Part shown: positions 41,624 through 54,392 of the stretch, piece by piece | How the letters are laid out: each line of letters begins with the position of its first letter | Position numbering within the stretch: the stretch's first letter is position 1 | From: Octopus sinensis | Taxonomy: Eukaryota | Assembly: GCF_006345805.1 (NCBI RefSeq) | Contig: NC_043005.1 | Coordinates: forward strand, 9,920,001 to 9,984,000 | Direction: 5' to 3' | DNA length: 64,000 nt | Made by a program: the position numbers and the translations under genes | Notes under the pieces: generated by a model | Databases searched by the model: none | Seen by the model: only the letters and a program-made list of their open reading frames with translations | What the model was told of the DNA's origin: nothing

Positions 41624-41785
41624 GACGGGCTTCTTTCAGTTTCAGTCTACCAAATCCAGTCACAAGGCTTCGGTCGGCCCGAAGTTATAACAGAAGACAC
41701 GTGTCCAAGGTGCCACGCAATGGGACTGAACCCGTAACCATGTGGTTCGTAAGCAAGCTACTTACCACACAGCCACTCCTATGCC
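41276..41785 (-). mobile_element. SINE family A with an expanded internal (TACA)n/(TA)n tract
   Basis: Alignment to other copies. Confidence 0.92.
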
Positions 41786-43959
41786 TATCTGTTGGAAATA
41801 ACCGGGGAATCACCTTGGATTCTATTCCTAATGCCTTAAAAAAGAATTCTTTGGACAATATAGTCCAATGTAGTTGCTTATAAAGCATGAATGGTCACGA
41901 CTGGTTCAATTTCAGCATTAGAGGCTGTATGTTGCTATTGCTTCAACTCACGCCAGACTTGATCCAACAGATATGTGACCAATGGTGTTCCGTCCATTGC
42001 TCGGATTCTACGTGTTTAGTATTTTATTATCCAACCTGTCCTCCTTTTTCAAGATGTGTGTGGTTTCAGGAACGTTTGGTTACTATTTCTAGCTGGACAA
42101 GTGACAACGTACAGGCTTCCCGTTATATCTTGAACGACGCTATATATTTTGTTTTTTTAATTCTGTTTACTTTTATATATGTGCCAAGATTTTATCAATA
42201 CTTCCGTTTCTGAAACTAACACTGAACTAACAAAAAAAAATGTCAGTGAGTTTGGAATATATATTTTCTTTTCCTCTTCTTTCTTTTCCTGCATAATATT
42301 GATTTCAAAATACTTCTCATTAAATCTAAATTAAGTAATTTATTTATTTAATTTTCATATTTTTAGCTCATTTATATTTAAGCTTCTTTGTCACAGGTAT
42401 TTTTGAGCAAAAATAAAATATGATAATACACGTGCAAGCATTAACGGCATAATCAATACATAACATAGTGACGATCCACTGAGGAAGCGTCTACTTGGTC
42501 GTTCGATTTGCAAGAAATAGCAGGGAAATCGAAGGAAGGACACATTGGACAGCAACATTGGTAAACAAACAGACGAATTGATCATGGTATGAACGCCTTT
42601 GATTATAGGTCAGACGTATTATAGCTGACCTGGGGCTAAAAATACAGTAGCAGACAATAATCAATATGGCGTCTTATTTGAACATGTTAACAGAGAGAAA
42701 CGAAAGTTACGTGGGGTGTAAAGAATGGAAAATATAGTTAGAAAATTCTTCTGGTTCCATACAGAATTTCATTTACATTTCGTTCACGTTTGATCGTCTC
42801 TTCACTCTCTTCTTGTTTTGTAGAGAACCCAAATATAATTACACGTTCCTAAAATTTACCGGAAAATATTTTTGTCAAAACTCGTTATTGTCGATTGTTT
42901 TGTTTGCGAAGTGACCAGGAATCGTTAAAATGTAAGGGTTTTTCTTTCTTGGCTCATTAAGAAGACAGTGAAATTTGAAATATTTTTGCTTGGAAATGTT
43001 TGCTTTGAAATTCGAGAAAAAAAAAGCAATATGGCATCCAGAGTTGTTGCAAGTAAAAAGAAAGAGATGTGGTAAGAGGAATACCATGCGTTAGCATTCG
43101 TACGATTACTGCTACCATCACCTCGCCTTTACTACCATCATCACTAACGACACAACTGTAACGCTGGCTCCACAAAAAAATGGGAGAAATGAACACTACC
43201 ACCATCTTCCCATTAGAGTCACCAATATTATCATCGTTCCCACCAGCAGTCATGCGCAAGAAGTCTGCTACTAGAACCAACTGTAGCTTCATAACAACAC
43301 GCCATTACCACCACATACTCGAGTAGCAATAATGAACAGCAATAAAAGACAAAGAAGCAATAGCAAAATAGCAAATACAAAAACGTCTCCCTCGGTGGAT
43401 GAGACAGAACAGTCACGTGAGATGTTAGGAGAGAAATCATAGTTATCTAACCATTCATACTAGAATTACCCTAGAATAAAAAAAAGAAACGTGGTGGGAT
43501 AATCGAGTACTGTCTGCGTCAGTGGAAAATAAAGTGCCTAAAAACAGTAGAGGGAAAAGTGTAAATTCAGACATTTGTATCTGACGCAATGTATCATTGT
43601 GGGATTTCACACAGAAGTTCAAATGACTGGCCACTTCATTCAATATGGCAGCTATAAAAACACGCTCTCCCCTCCATTTACAGTGTCAGCGATTTGTGGA
43701 GATGACAGTGTGGAAAATACCCGCACAAGAATAAGCGCATTATGGTTGTCAAAAAAAAAAAAAGGTATCAACACTCAGAAGAGAGGGAAGGGAACATCAC
43801 CTTTCAAGTAACTCAGAATAGGTAAAGGTAAGCTTGCCAAAGTTGAATGCAGTTTCAATATGTAGATTAAGATAGTTTAGTATTGGATATTCATCAGGTA
43901 TAGTTTTCCTAGTCAACTGAACACCGTTGTAAGTGGACAGCAGAAATAAATAGACGAAA

Positions 43960-44357
43960 CCCTTTCACGTTTATAAAAAGATTAAAAAGAAAAAGAGGGC
44001 AAAAAGCACTCGTTTTTTCACAGTGAAAAATCGTTTCCTGGTAGCTGGAATTTCGCGACAAAATGTATGTTTATTAAGCACAACAACCTGCAGTGCATGC
44101 CGCTGGGCATTAACAGCCATTCGCACAAACCTAGAAGGGCTCTGGGCCCCCTTGAATCGATAGAAAATCACTCTTTTTGTCATAGTAACCACATCTTTAT
44201 AGCTTGCGAATTTTAACCATCGCGGATCTCATCCTCAGCACGCATTTAGTATCCCTGCCAATTTTCAGCTCGATCCTAGCCTCGGTTTGGCCGTCATTAA
44301 CCGTCAAAGCAAAAGGTGCATACAATTTTCGTCCAAGGACTGTTTTATATATATAGA
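43960..44357 (-). mobile_element. Possible Helitron/Helentron-like element
   Basis: Minus strand starts TCTATATATATAAAAC, preceded by T rather than the expected A. The 3' end is not defined. Confidence 0.3.
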
Positions 44358-44857
44358 AAACATCAAGTCAGTTTGGCACATCTTCTACCCAGATCGATAG
44401 ATGCAAGCAATTCGGAGTAGTTATCTCTTCTTCACCATCAATAACTAGAAAGGGAAGTGCTACGAACTGACTACGAAAGACCAGGTCTCCCTTATTATAT
44501 TCCAGTTAATGTACTCTGACTGGTTGCGCTAATCGGTGGCCCAGCCATAATACAATGAGTGACATTAGATGCCCGAAGCAGTGACGAGAAGTGGATAATC
44601 TTAAGACCATTTCAAATGTGTTTGAGTGGGTTTTTTTTAACCTGTTAACGATTATCACTGGAATCATAGAGGGAGATAAAATTCTCATTTAATATCAAAA
44701 GATGTGAAAACACATTCAGTCAGCTTTTGCATAATTTTTCCTCTCCTCGGAAAATTGGAGTGACAAGTCCCAAGAGGTCTTAAAATCTCTGAAACCTATT
44801 GGTATGGATTTTAAGTTCCTATAACACCAGTCACTTCCTGACTGTAATGTTTGCTAT

Positions 44858-45251
44858 CAGGAGTGGCTGTGTGGTAAGTAGCTGGCTAACCAACCACATG
44901 GTTCCGGGTTCAATCCTCTGCGTGGCATCTTGGGCAAGTGCCTTCTGCTATAGCCCCGGGCCGACCAAAGCCTTGTGAGTGGATTTGGTAGACGGAAACT
45001 GAAAGAAGCCCGTCGTATATATGTATATATATATGTGTGTTTGTGTGTTTGTGTTTGTCCCCCTAGCATTGCTTGACAACCAATGCTGGTGTGTTTACGT
45101 CCTCGTCACTTAGCGGTTCGGCAAAATAGACCGATAGAATAAGTACTGGGCTAACAAAGAATAAGTCCCGGGGTCGATTTGCTCGACTAAAGGCGGTGCT
45201 CCAGCATGGCCGCAGTCAAATGACTGAAACAAGTAAAAGAGTAAAAGAGTA
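44858..45251 (+). mobile_element. SINE family A
   Basis: Alignment to other copies. Confidence 0.92.
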
Positions 45252-45329
45252 TACCATGCAGGAAATAAAGCTTTCTACTAATTTCAGAGTTGCCTTTCTT
45301 GGTATCAGGTGTTGAAGAGAACCAACGAA

Positions 45330-45708
45330 CCACATGGTTCCGAGTTCAGGCCCACTGTATGGCACCTTGGGCGAGTGTCTTCTACTATAGCTTCGGGCCA
45401 ACTAATGTCTTGTGAGTGGATTTGGTAGACGGAAACTGAAAGAAGCCCATCGTATATATATGTGTGTGTGTCTGTGTGTGTGTGTGAGTGTGTGTGTATG
45501 TGAGTGTGTGTGTGTGTGTTTGTGTGTGTGTCTGTGCTTGTGCCCCCAGCATCGCTTGACAACCGATGGTGGTGTGTTTACGCCCCAGTAACTTAGCGCT
45601 TACGATAGAATAAGTACTAAGTCCTGGGGGTCGATTTGTTCGACCAAAGGCGGTGCTCCAGCAAGGCCGCAATCAAATGGCTGAAACAAATGAAAGAATA
45701 AAAGAATA
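45330..45708 (+). mobile_element. Older SINE family A subfamily copy
   Basis: Diverged alignment with a GAATAAAA-type tail. Confidence 0.85.
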
Positions 45709-46277
45709 CACACGTTCACGAACGAGCACATTCGTCCATAAATTCAGAGAGACCGGCGTGAATATAAAATGTCTATCTTTGTGAAAGAAATAATTGCTGT
45801 GAGGAAAGGTCGAGTTTTAGAGTGTGAACGGCTGGTAAGAACACATTCGTTTTGCACCGTTGCTTCAAAGTGTGCTGACTTGTGAAATAAAAAGTCGGCA
45901 GAATATAAGCTAACGTTTTTTTTTTTTTTGACGTGTTGTTAAGCTGCTGTAAATCTTTGCTGGCAGATATTCGTCGACAATTTAGTTCGGGTAGACTTGA
46001 TCAAATTCTGTATCGCTTCGCTACTGCTAATTTCTTCAGTTCCGATTCTCTTCTTGGTTTTATTCTCATCTTACTTATTGCAGCATTTTTTTCCCCCTTC
46101 TTATAGTAATCAATAGCGTTAAATCTACAAAAGCTTCTCTTTTATTTTTCCTTTATATTTTTCTAGAATACTTTGCTGAATTTTCTCTTTACTTTACATT
46201 TTTTTTCTTTCTAAGTTTTACTTTAAATTCGCCATTGGCAATTTCGAGATTTGGCATTTAAAAGTCGGATGTTGAAT

Positions 46278-46296
46278 ACTACACACACAGACGCGC

Positions 46297-46369
<73 letters not shown>

Positions 46370-46432
46370 TATATATATATATATATATAGATATATATAG
46401 ATATATAGATATAGATATATATATATATAATG

Positions 46433-46482
<50 letters not shown>

Positions 46483-46486
46483 ATAT

Positions 46487-46520
<34 letters not shown>

Positions 46521-46525
46521 CGTAT
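46278..46525. repeat. (TA)n/(TG)n microsatellite
   Basis: Direct reading. Confidence 0.96.
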
Positions 46526-46877
46526 GTGCATATATATATGTATGTATATGTGTATATACATACATACATATATACATGCATTCATATATATGAATGTATA
46601 ACTCTCTCCCACTATACATACTCATACACATTTTACAATCCATTTCTTTTCGACTTTGAGTAACATACGCTTCTAATTTTCTTCCCATCATATCTTCTCT
46701 TGAGCCTTATCAAAATATCATGTTCGACCTTCATTTTATCTGTCCCTTCTCTCTATCTCTCCCCGTCTTATCCTTTTTTTTCTAGTCTTGTATTCTTCTC
46801 TAGTACCATCTCCCTCCATGTCATATCGTAAGAATGTAATCAATGCATGAATACACACTCGTTTCCAAGACGACGTA

Positions 46878-47838
46878 CTGGCAGAAACGTTAGCACGCCG
46901 GGCGAAATGCGTAGCCGTATTTCGTCTGCCGTTACGTTCCGAGATCAAATTCCGCTGAGGTTGACTTTGCCTTTCATCCTTCCGGGGTCGATAAATTAAG
47001 TACCAGTTATGCACTGGGATCGATATAATCGACTTAATCCGTTTGTCTGTCCTTGTTTGTTCCCTCTGTGTGTAGCCCCTTGTGGGTAGTAAAGAAATAG
47101 GTATTTTGTCTGTCTTTACATTCTGAGTTCAAATTCCGCCGAGGTCGACTTTGCCTTTCATCCTTTCGGGGTCGATAAATTAAGTACCAGTTACGCACTG
47201 GGGTCGATGTAATCGACTTAATACCTATGTCTGTCCTTGTTTGTTCCCTCTGTGTTTAGCCCCTTGTGGGTAATAAGAAATAGGTATTTTGTCTGTCTTT
47301 ACATTCTGAGTTCAAATTCCGCCGAGGTCGACTTTGCCTTTCATCCTTTCGGGGTCGATAAATTAAGTACCAGTTACGAACTGGGGTCGATGTAATCGAC
47401 TTAATACCTATGTCTGTCCTTGTTTGTTCCCTCTGTGTTTAGCCCCTTGTGGGTAATAAAGAAATAGGTATTTCGTTTGCCGTCAGGTTCTGTGATCAAA
47501 TTCAGCCGAGGTCGACTTTGCCTTTCACCCTCTCGGGATGGATAAATTATGTACCAGTTACGCACTGGAGTCGATGTGATCGACTTAATCCGTTTGTCTG
47601 TCCTTGTTTGTTCCCTCTGTGTGTAGCCCCTTGTGGGTAGTAAAGAAATAGGTATTTCGTCCGTTTTTACGTTCTGAGTTGAAATTCCACCGAGGTCGAC
47701 TTTGCCTTTCATCCTTTCGAGGTCGATTAAATAAGTACCAGTTACGCACTGGGGTCGATGTAATCGACTTAATCTGTTTGTCTGTCCTTGGTTTTCCCCT
47801 CTGTGTGTAGCCCCTTGTGGGCAGTAAAGAATAAGAAT
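46878..47838 (+). mobile_element. SINE family D pentamer (one head plus five ~184-bp units)
   Basis: Units start at 46917, 47101, 47284, 47468 and 47652, all joined at GAAATAG|GTATTT. Confidence 0.92.
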
Positions 47839-47839
47839 C

Positions 47840-48011
47840 ATTAGCATGCCAGGCGACTACGTTCTGAGTTCAAATTCCGCCGAGATTGACTTTGCCTTTC
47901 ATCCTTTCGGGGTCGATAAATAAAGTACCAGTTGCGTACTGGGGTCGATCTAATCGACTGGCCCCCTCCCCCAAAATTTCGAGCTTTGTGCCGTGAGTAG
48001 AAAAGAATATT
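47840..48011 (+). mobile_element. SINE family D monomer, tail type 2, with partially deleted head
   Basis: TTAGCATGCCAGGCGA head remnant and CCCCCTCCCCCAAAATTTC tail. Confidence 0.8.
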
Positions 48012-48517
48012 GCTTATTTCCGTTTCCATTATACCAGTTTCATTTTAATTGCTTTGATACTTCTCGTGATTTGTGTAATATGAGAAAGACATGAAATTGG
48101 ACTGGTCTAGCCGTCATTTCCTGTTCGTTTAAACAATCTATAGTATGTACTTATGTAATTTCCTCGCTTGTCTTCCTGTTCCCATTTTCTCTCTCTATCA
48201 ATTTCTTTTTTTTAACTCAATCCTAAATTCTGCCACTTGTAAACCTCGGAGTGTCCTAGATTTAGTAGTGAGAGATATATATTTCCTAACAACAGAGTAT
48301 GCATTACAAACTATTTTGTAAGCAACTGGTTACTTATGTTTGTCAATTGTTTCATTGGTATCGGAAAGCAATAGGATTCATGTAACCGGAAGTGTCAGAA
48401 ATATGAATATGTAACATTCATCCATACTGCTTTGGTAGCCCAGTAGGTAAAGGTGTTTAGAAGTAGTAACGTAACACAAAAGTTGAAGTTTCAAATCTCT
48501 GCCAAGGAACTATTTTT

Positions 48518-48684
48518 GGCGTAGGAGTGGCTGTGTGGTAAGTAGCTTGCTTACCAACCACATGGTTCCGGGTTCAGTCCCCCTGCGTGGCACCTTGGGC
48601 AAGTGTCTTCTACTATAGCCTCGGGCCGACCAAGGCCTTGTGAGTGGATTTGGTAGACGGAAACTGAAAGAAGCCTGTCGTATA

Positions 48685-48733
<49 letters not shown>

Positions 48734-48953
48734 ATGTTTGTGTGTCTGTGTTTGTCCCCCTAGCATTACTTGACAACCGATGCTGGTGTGTTTATGTCCC
48801 CGTAACTTAGCGGTTCGGCAAAAGAGACCGATAGAATAAGTACTGGGCTTCCAAAGAATAAGTCCTGGGGTCGATTTTCTCGATTAAAGGCGGTGCTCCA
48901 GCATGACCGCAGTCAAATGACTGAAAGAAGCAAAAGAGAAAGAGAAAAAGAGA
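48518..48953 (+). mobile_element. SINE family A
   Basis: Alignment to other copies. Confidence 0.93.
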
Positions 48954-49110
48954 GCTAGACATAGCGCGTTTTAGAAAGTAATAGATAGTGTGAACATACT
49001 TCATACTGTGAACAAAACGAAGCTAAGTAGAAATAATTAAGAGGGGAGCAAAATGTATTGGTCAATAACTTGAATTGTTTTAAGTATTTCGACAAAGACA
49101 AGAGACAACT

Positions 49111-49280
49111 CTGCCTTTCATCCTTTCATCCTTTCATCCTTTGTCATCCATCCCTTCAGGATCGATAAATTAAGTACCAGTTGCGTCCTGGGGTTGATCT
49201 AATTGAACGGCCCCCACACAAAAAAGAAATAAAATGAAATAAAATAAAATTTCGGGCCTTGGGCCTTGAGTAGAAAACGT
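49111..49280 (+). mobile_element. SINE family D 5'-truncated fragment, tail type 2
   Basis: CTTTCATC slippage repeats, then GATAAATTAAGTACCAG. Confidence 0.75.
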
Positions 49281-49319
49281 TATTAGAACGAGATATAAAG
49301 AAAAATAAAGAGAGAGGGA

Positions 49320-49352
<33 letters not shown>

Positions 49353-49554
49353 AGAGAGAAAGAAAGAAACAGAGTGAGAGAGAGAAAGAAAGAGAGAGAG
49401 AGAAAACCATGATCGATTCATCTCTTGCATTAATATTTCTGATTTGTGGGATTCTAAATTGAGATGTTCACATCTCGGCAAACTTTTCTTTATCATTCAT
49501 CTTTCTGAAGTTGACAAATATAGTAAAAGATAAATACCAAGTGTCGAATTTGCT

Positions 49555-50100
49555 CGCTCTCTCTCTCTCTCTCTCTTTCTCCCTTTCTCTCTCTCTCTCT
49601 CTCTCTCTTACTCCCTTTCTCTCTCTCTCTCTCTTCCTCTTTCTCTCTATTTCCTTCTCCCTCTAATTCTCTCTTTCTCCCCCGTCCCCCTCTCTCTCTT
49701 TCTCCCTTTCTCTCTCTCTCTCTCTCTCTTCCTCTTTCTCTCTATTTCCTTCTCCCTCTAATTCTCTCTTTCTCCCCCGCTCCCTCTCCCCTCCCCCCCT
49801 CTCTCTCTCTCTCCCTTTCTCTCACTCTCTTCCTCTTCTCTCTATTTCCTTCTACCTCTAATTCTCTCTTTCTCCCGTCCCCCTCTCTCTTCTCCCTTTC
49901 TCTCTCTCTCTCTCTTCCTCTTTCTCTCTATTTCCTTCTCCCTCTAATTCTCTCTTTCTCCCCCGCCCCCTCTCTCTCTACCTCTCTCTCTCTCTTACTC
50001 CCTTTCTCTCACTCTCTTCCTCTTTCTCTCTATTTCCTTCTCCCTCTAATTCTCTCTAACTCCCCCGCTCCCTCCCCCCTCTCCCCATCCCCCTCTCTCT
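49555..50100. repeat. CT-rich minisatellite, about 5 units of ~90-100 bp
   Basis: Marker TATTTCCTTCT(C/A)CCTCTAATTCTCTCT recurs five times in a polypyrimidine strand. Confidence 0.9.
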
Positions 50101-50127
50101 ATCTCGCCTACTCTGAACGGATTGCAA

Positions 50128-50305
50128 TCTCGTCCACCAAGCATTATGGCTTCATCCGCGAAGCATTATTAACTCGTCCATCAAGCACTCATGCATCCCG
50201 TCGGCGAAGTATTATGATCTCACCCGTGAAGTATTATAACCCCCTTCCACCAAGCATTATGACCTCGTCCATGTAGCCTTATGACCTCGACTGCGAATCA
50301 TCATT
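50128..50305 (+). repeat. Degenerate 22-bp tandem repeat, 8 units
   Basis: AAG(C/T)ATTAT-like motif at 50139, 50161, 50183, 50207, 50229, 50252, 50274 and 50296. Confidence 0.75.
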
Positions 50306-50477
50306 GTCTTAGCCATTAATACAGTGTCACATCCAACACATGGCGCAGGCTGCTTGTTCAGTAACCATTATGAATTCACTAACCAACAGCACTAGTATAT
50401 GATGCTTGCCTAAAATATTGACTTATTTATAGTCAATACTTTAATTACTTTCCCGGAAATATATGATTTAGTTATAC

Positions 50478-50894
50478 AAGGCGGCCAGCTGGCAGAAACG
50501 TTAGCACACCGGGCGACATGCTTAGCGGTATTTCGTCTGCCGCTACGTTCTGAGTTCAAATTCTGCCGAGTTCAACTTTGCCTTTCATCCTTTCGAGGTC
50601 GATTAAATAAGTACCAGTTACGCACTGGGGTCGATATAATCGACTTAATCCGTTTGTCTGTCCTTGTTTGTCCTCTCTGTGTTTAGCCCCTTGTGGATAG
50701 TAAAGAAATAGGTATTTCGTCTGCCGTTAAGTTCTGAGTTCAAATTCCGCCGAGGTCGACTTTGCCTTTTATCCTTTCGGGGTCGATAAATTAAGTACCA
50801 GTTACGCACTGAGGTCGATGTAATCGACTTAGTCCGTTTGTCTGTCCTTGTTTGTCCCCTCTATGTTTAGCCCCTTGTGGGCAATAAAGAAATA
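50478..50894 (+). mobile_element. SINE family D dimer
   Basis: Head plus two ~184-bp units (junction 50711/50712). 17-bp TSD ATATGATTTAGTTATAC at 50461-50477 and 50895-50911. Confidence 0.95.
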
Positions 50895-52285
50895 ATATGA
50901 TTTAGTTATACTTTTCAGTGTGATTCGCCACTAAGACGATAAGACAAAGGAAATATATGGAACAATAATTAAATAGTATTAAGAAATTGTTAAGTGGAGA
51001 TTTTCCCGTGTTTTTGAACTTAACTTCACAACCACTTGCCTTGTTCAGTAGCCACCCGTTGCTCAAATCTAAAACAAATATAATATGTTAAATTGCAACT
51101 GAAACAACCATCAGTTGAAACGGCAATTCCTGTACAAGAGTGGTGGACTTAACCTCTCTCCAGATTTAACAGTAATACCTGAACTTTAGACGCCTTTACA
51201 TAACTCCACCCTATTGCACAAATTCGTGACAGGTTTCGGGAATGAGGATAACTTGATCACTTCATCCCACCAGAGGTTCCAGAGTGATAACCCGAGAGCT
51301 ACCCTTCCTTATGTCAGTAATAAACAGTTAAAATTTACACTAAGATTTACTAATTAATATAACTCCAGACGACAATATGTATGTAGTATTGTTGTGGCTG
51401 GACTATACAGCCATTGGTAACATTGCGGTTAATTGAGAGAAATAAATATAGTTAATGATATCAATTAAAACTTTTAATTGCCTTTTTTTTATATTTCAAA
51501 GTCTGTAACAATGTTATTTATTTATTTATTGGTACTGCCGCATTACTGCCGATTACTAAAACCATTATGCTACATTCCTAGTAACAACGTCTATTAATAA
51601 ACATAGAAGTATGATTGTATCTTACAAAATGGCCAACAGTCAGAATCATTAGAACAGCAGACTTACACCGTCTCTTAATACTTCTAACATTGTAATTGCT
51701 GAGTTCAAATCACACGGAGTTAAATTTAATGCTTCGTTCTTCTCCCTCTGAACCGGATACGCTGTACTGTCAAAGGGTTACAGGGTTCATTGTAAAACCC
51801 TTTTTTTTTTTAAAAAAAATTTGAGCCAGAAAATGTTCCTTATGTGGCATGCTATACAAAGCTTCCATAAGTAAAAGAGAAAGAACATAACGTAGACGGT
51901 CAGATGTTCTGTGAAGCACCATAAATGGTTAAAAGAAATTCCCGGCTATAGTAGTTCCCAGCCTCTGCTCAACAGATTACTATAATCTACAAACAATACA
52001 AAACAGAACATTGCGCGTCGTTCAAACTGTACATTTACCACAACAATACTTTTAATAGAAGATAAATACATTTCGATCCGACGGTCTTAGTAGTTGAGAA
52101 GAAAAGAACTCAGTGACGGGTATTCCATAAGAGTATTCGGTGTTTATTTTGTTACAATATGGCCAGATGTTAAGGCTCTCGTCTCTTCAGAGAAGACTCG
52201 TATACGTCGTAAAAGCTTCCCCCGTACATACCGTGAACACAGGGAAAGAATTGTGGAGATAGTAAGGGTACAATGATGATGGCAA

Positions 52286-52377
52286 GTAGAAGAAGAAGAA
52301 GAAGAAGAAGAAGAAGAAGAAGAAGAAGAAGAAGAAGAAGAAGAAGAAGAAGAAGAAGAAGAAAGAAAGAAGAAGAA
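52286..52377. repeat. (GAA)n microsatellite
   Basis: Direct reading. Confidence 0.97.
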
Positions 52378-52600
52378 TGGCAGCCTCATCAACAAGTTTG
52401 ATTGGTTTATCGAGAATGTTGGACATAGATGGATTTCCTCCCTTTACAGAATGTCTGATTGATTGGTACAAGAACTACTTGACGTCTTATTGAAATCATG
52501 TGGATATCTAACGTTACGGGTAGTAACCCGCTACCCACTAAAATTCTACGAGAAGTAAGACCAAAGCTGAGTTAAGTCGAATAATAATAATAATAATAAT

Positions 52601-52834
52601 AATTCCTATCATAATATTCAGACAAATACATAACAAAAACACCAGGACTTACAAACACATATAACATACAGAAAATTGCACTACAAGGCACTGCACACAT
52701 GCTACGCAGAACACTTTCCATACAATAACCATCAGAGCATCACAACAAATCACAGCACATACCCAAGGCGCACAGAGCTGCGCTCGGTAGTGAAGTGAAA
52801 GCACGCTATAAAAATAAAAATAAAACTACTGAAT
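52601..52834 (+). mobile_element. R4/Dong-like element 3' end
   Basis: Encodes SDKYITKTPGLTNTYNIQKIALQGTAHMLRRTLSIQ*, then the 3' UTR, in (AAT)n. Homologous to 16560-16685. Confidence 0.85.
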
Positions 52835-52872
52835 GATAATAATAATGATAATAATAATGATAATAATAATAA

Positions 52873-53148
52873 TTGTTTAAGGATGTTGAAAGAACCACCC
52901 ATGTTTCCAGAGGTGAATTATTCAAACCCCAAAGAATCCCTCTCAACACATGGCTATGATGCTCCCCCACTACTTCTGCTCATGATCAGACATGCACATA
53001 TTGTCAGCCACTAAGGGACATGCTCAACTGGTTAAGGTCAAACAACTGACAAGCAAATCTGTGGTATTGAGCAGAATATTTGCTGTAGCCCATCTTTTAT
53101 ACCAAGACAAAGCAATGTACATGATAACACTTCCAATCAGTTAAGATC
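52873..53148 (-). mobile_element. Family X inverted partial copy (fold-back arm)
   Basis: 52873-53125 is the reverse complement of 53146-53398. Confidence 0.92.
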
Positions 53149-53637
53149 ATGTACATTGCTTTGTCTTGGTATAAAAGATGGGCTACAGCAAATATTCTGC
53201 TCAATTCCACAGATTTGCTTGTCAGTTGTTTGACCTTAACCAGTTGAGCATGTCCCTTAGTGGCTGACAATATGTGCATGTCTGATCATGAGCAGAAGTA
53301 GTGGGGGAGCATCATAGCCATGTGTTGAGAGGGATTCTTTGGGGTTTGAATAATTGACCTCTGGAAACATGGGTGGTTCTTTCAACATCCTTAAACAACC
53401 CTTATTCAGGGACCGTTTGAGCGGGATGGGCTACTCAACCTGAAGAAAATTCTAACTGGGCCCCACCTGCAAGGTCATGTGCTGTTTATCTTGATATGAG
53501 ATCACCATGTCGCGCACATATGGTTGTGATGCATGTGCCTGGTGTGCCCTTATCAGACGGGTAGTCATGATGGGTATATTGGGCTTCGTATATTTTACCC
53601 CAGTGTCACTTTGATGGCATGGACTGCTCTCTCACTC
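53146..53637 (+). mobile_element. Family X, 5'-truncated copy
   Basis: Intact 3' end followed by (AAT)n. Confidence 0.92.
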
Positions 53638-53694
<57 letters not shown>

Positions 53695-54003
53695 CCTTTC
53701 TACTATACGCACGAGGCCTGAAATGTTGGGGTCGACCCCAGTGTTCGACTGGTATGTAATTTATCTACCCCAAAAGGTGAAAGGCAAGCATTTTGCTCGG
53801 AGCACCAATGATTCTGCCAGCTCGCATGCTATGTCGTTTATCATGCAAATTGTTTCTTTTTTGTCCACCATACCCATGTAAGGTTTCTAATGTCTGATCT
53901 GATGGACACACTGAATCATTGAATCTCTCGGGATTTTGCAGTCTTCATTCTCAGTAACTCCTGTGATTTAGTCATACCAAGTTTTTGCTTTTTGTAGGCC
54001 GTG

Positions 54004-54079
<76 letters not shown>

Positions 54080-54090
54080 TATTATTATTC

Positions 54091-54308
54091 TTCAGTAGTT
54101 TTATTTTTATAGCGTGCATTCACTTCACTACCGAGCACAGCTCTGTGTGCCTTGGGTATGTGCTGTGATTTGTTGTGATGCTCTGATGGTTATTGTATGG
54201 AAAGTGTTCGGCGTAGGATGTGTGCAGTGCCTAGTAGTGCAATTTTCTGTATGTTATATGTGTTTGTAAATCCTGGTGTTTTTGTTATGTATTTGTCTGA
54301 ATATTTTT
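54091..54308 (-). mobile_element. R4/Dong-like element 3' end
   Basis: Reverse-complement match to 52614-52834, flanked by (TTA)n. Confidence 0.87.
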
Positions 54309-54318
54309 ATTATTATTA

Positions 54319-54392
<74 letters not shown>

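Noticed and set aside
41800-42130. Minus-strand peptide YKQLHWTILSKEFFFKALGIE, faintly like an L1/Tx1 C-terminal region
   Set aside because: The diagnostic cysteines are absent and the similarity is too weak.
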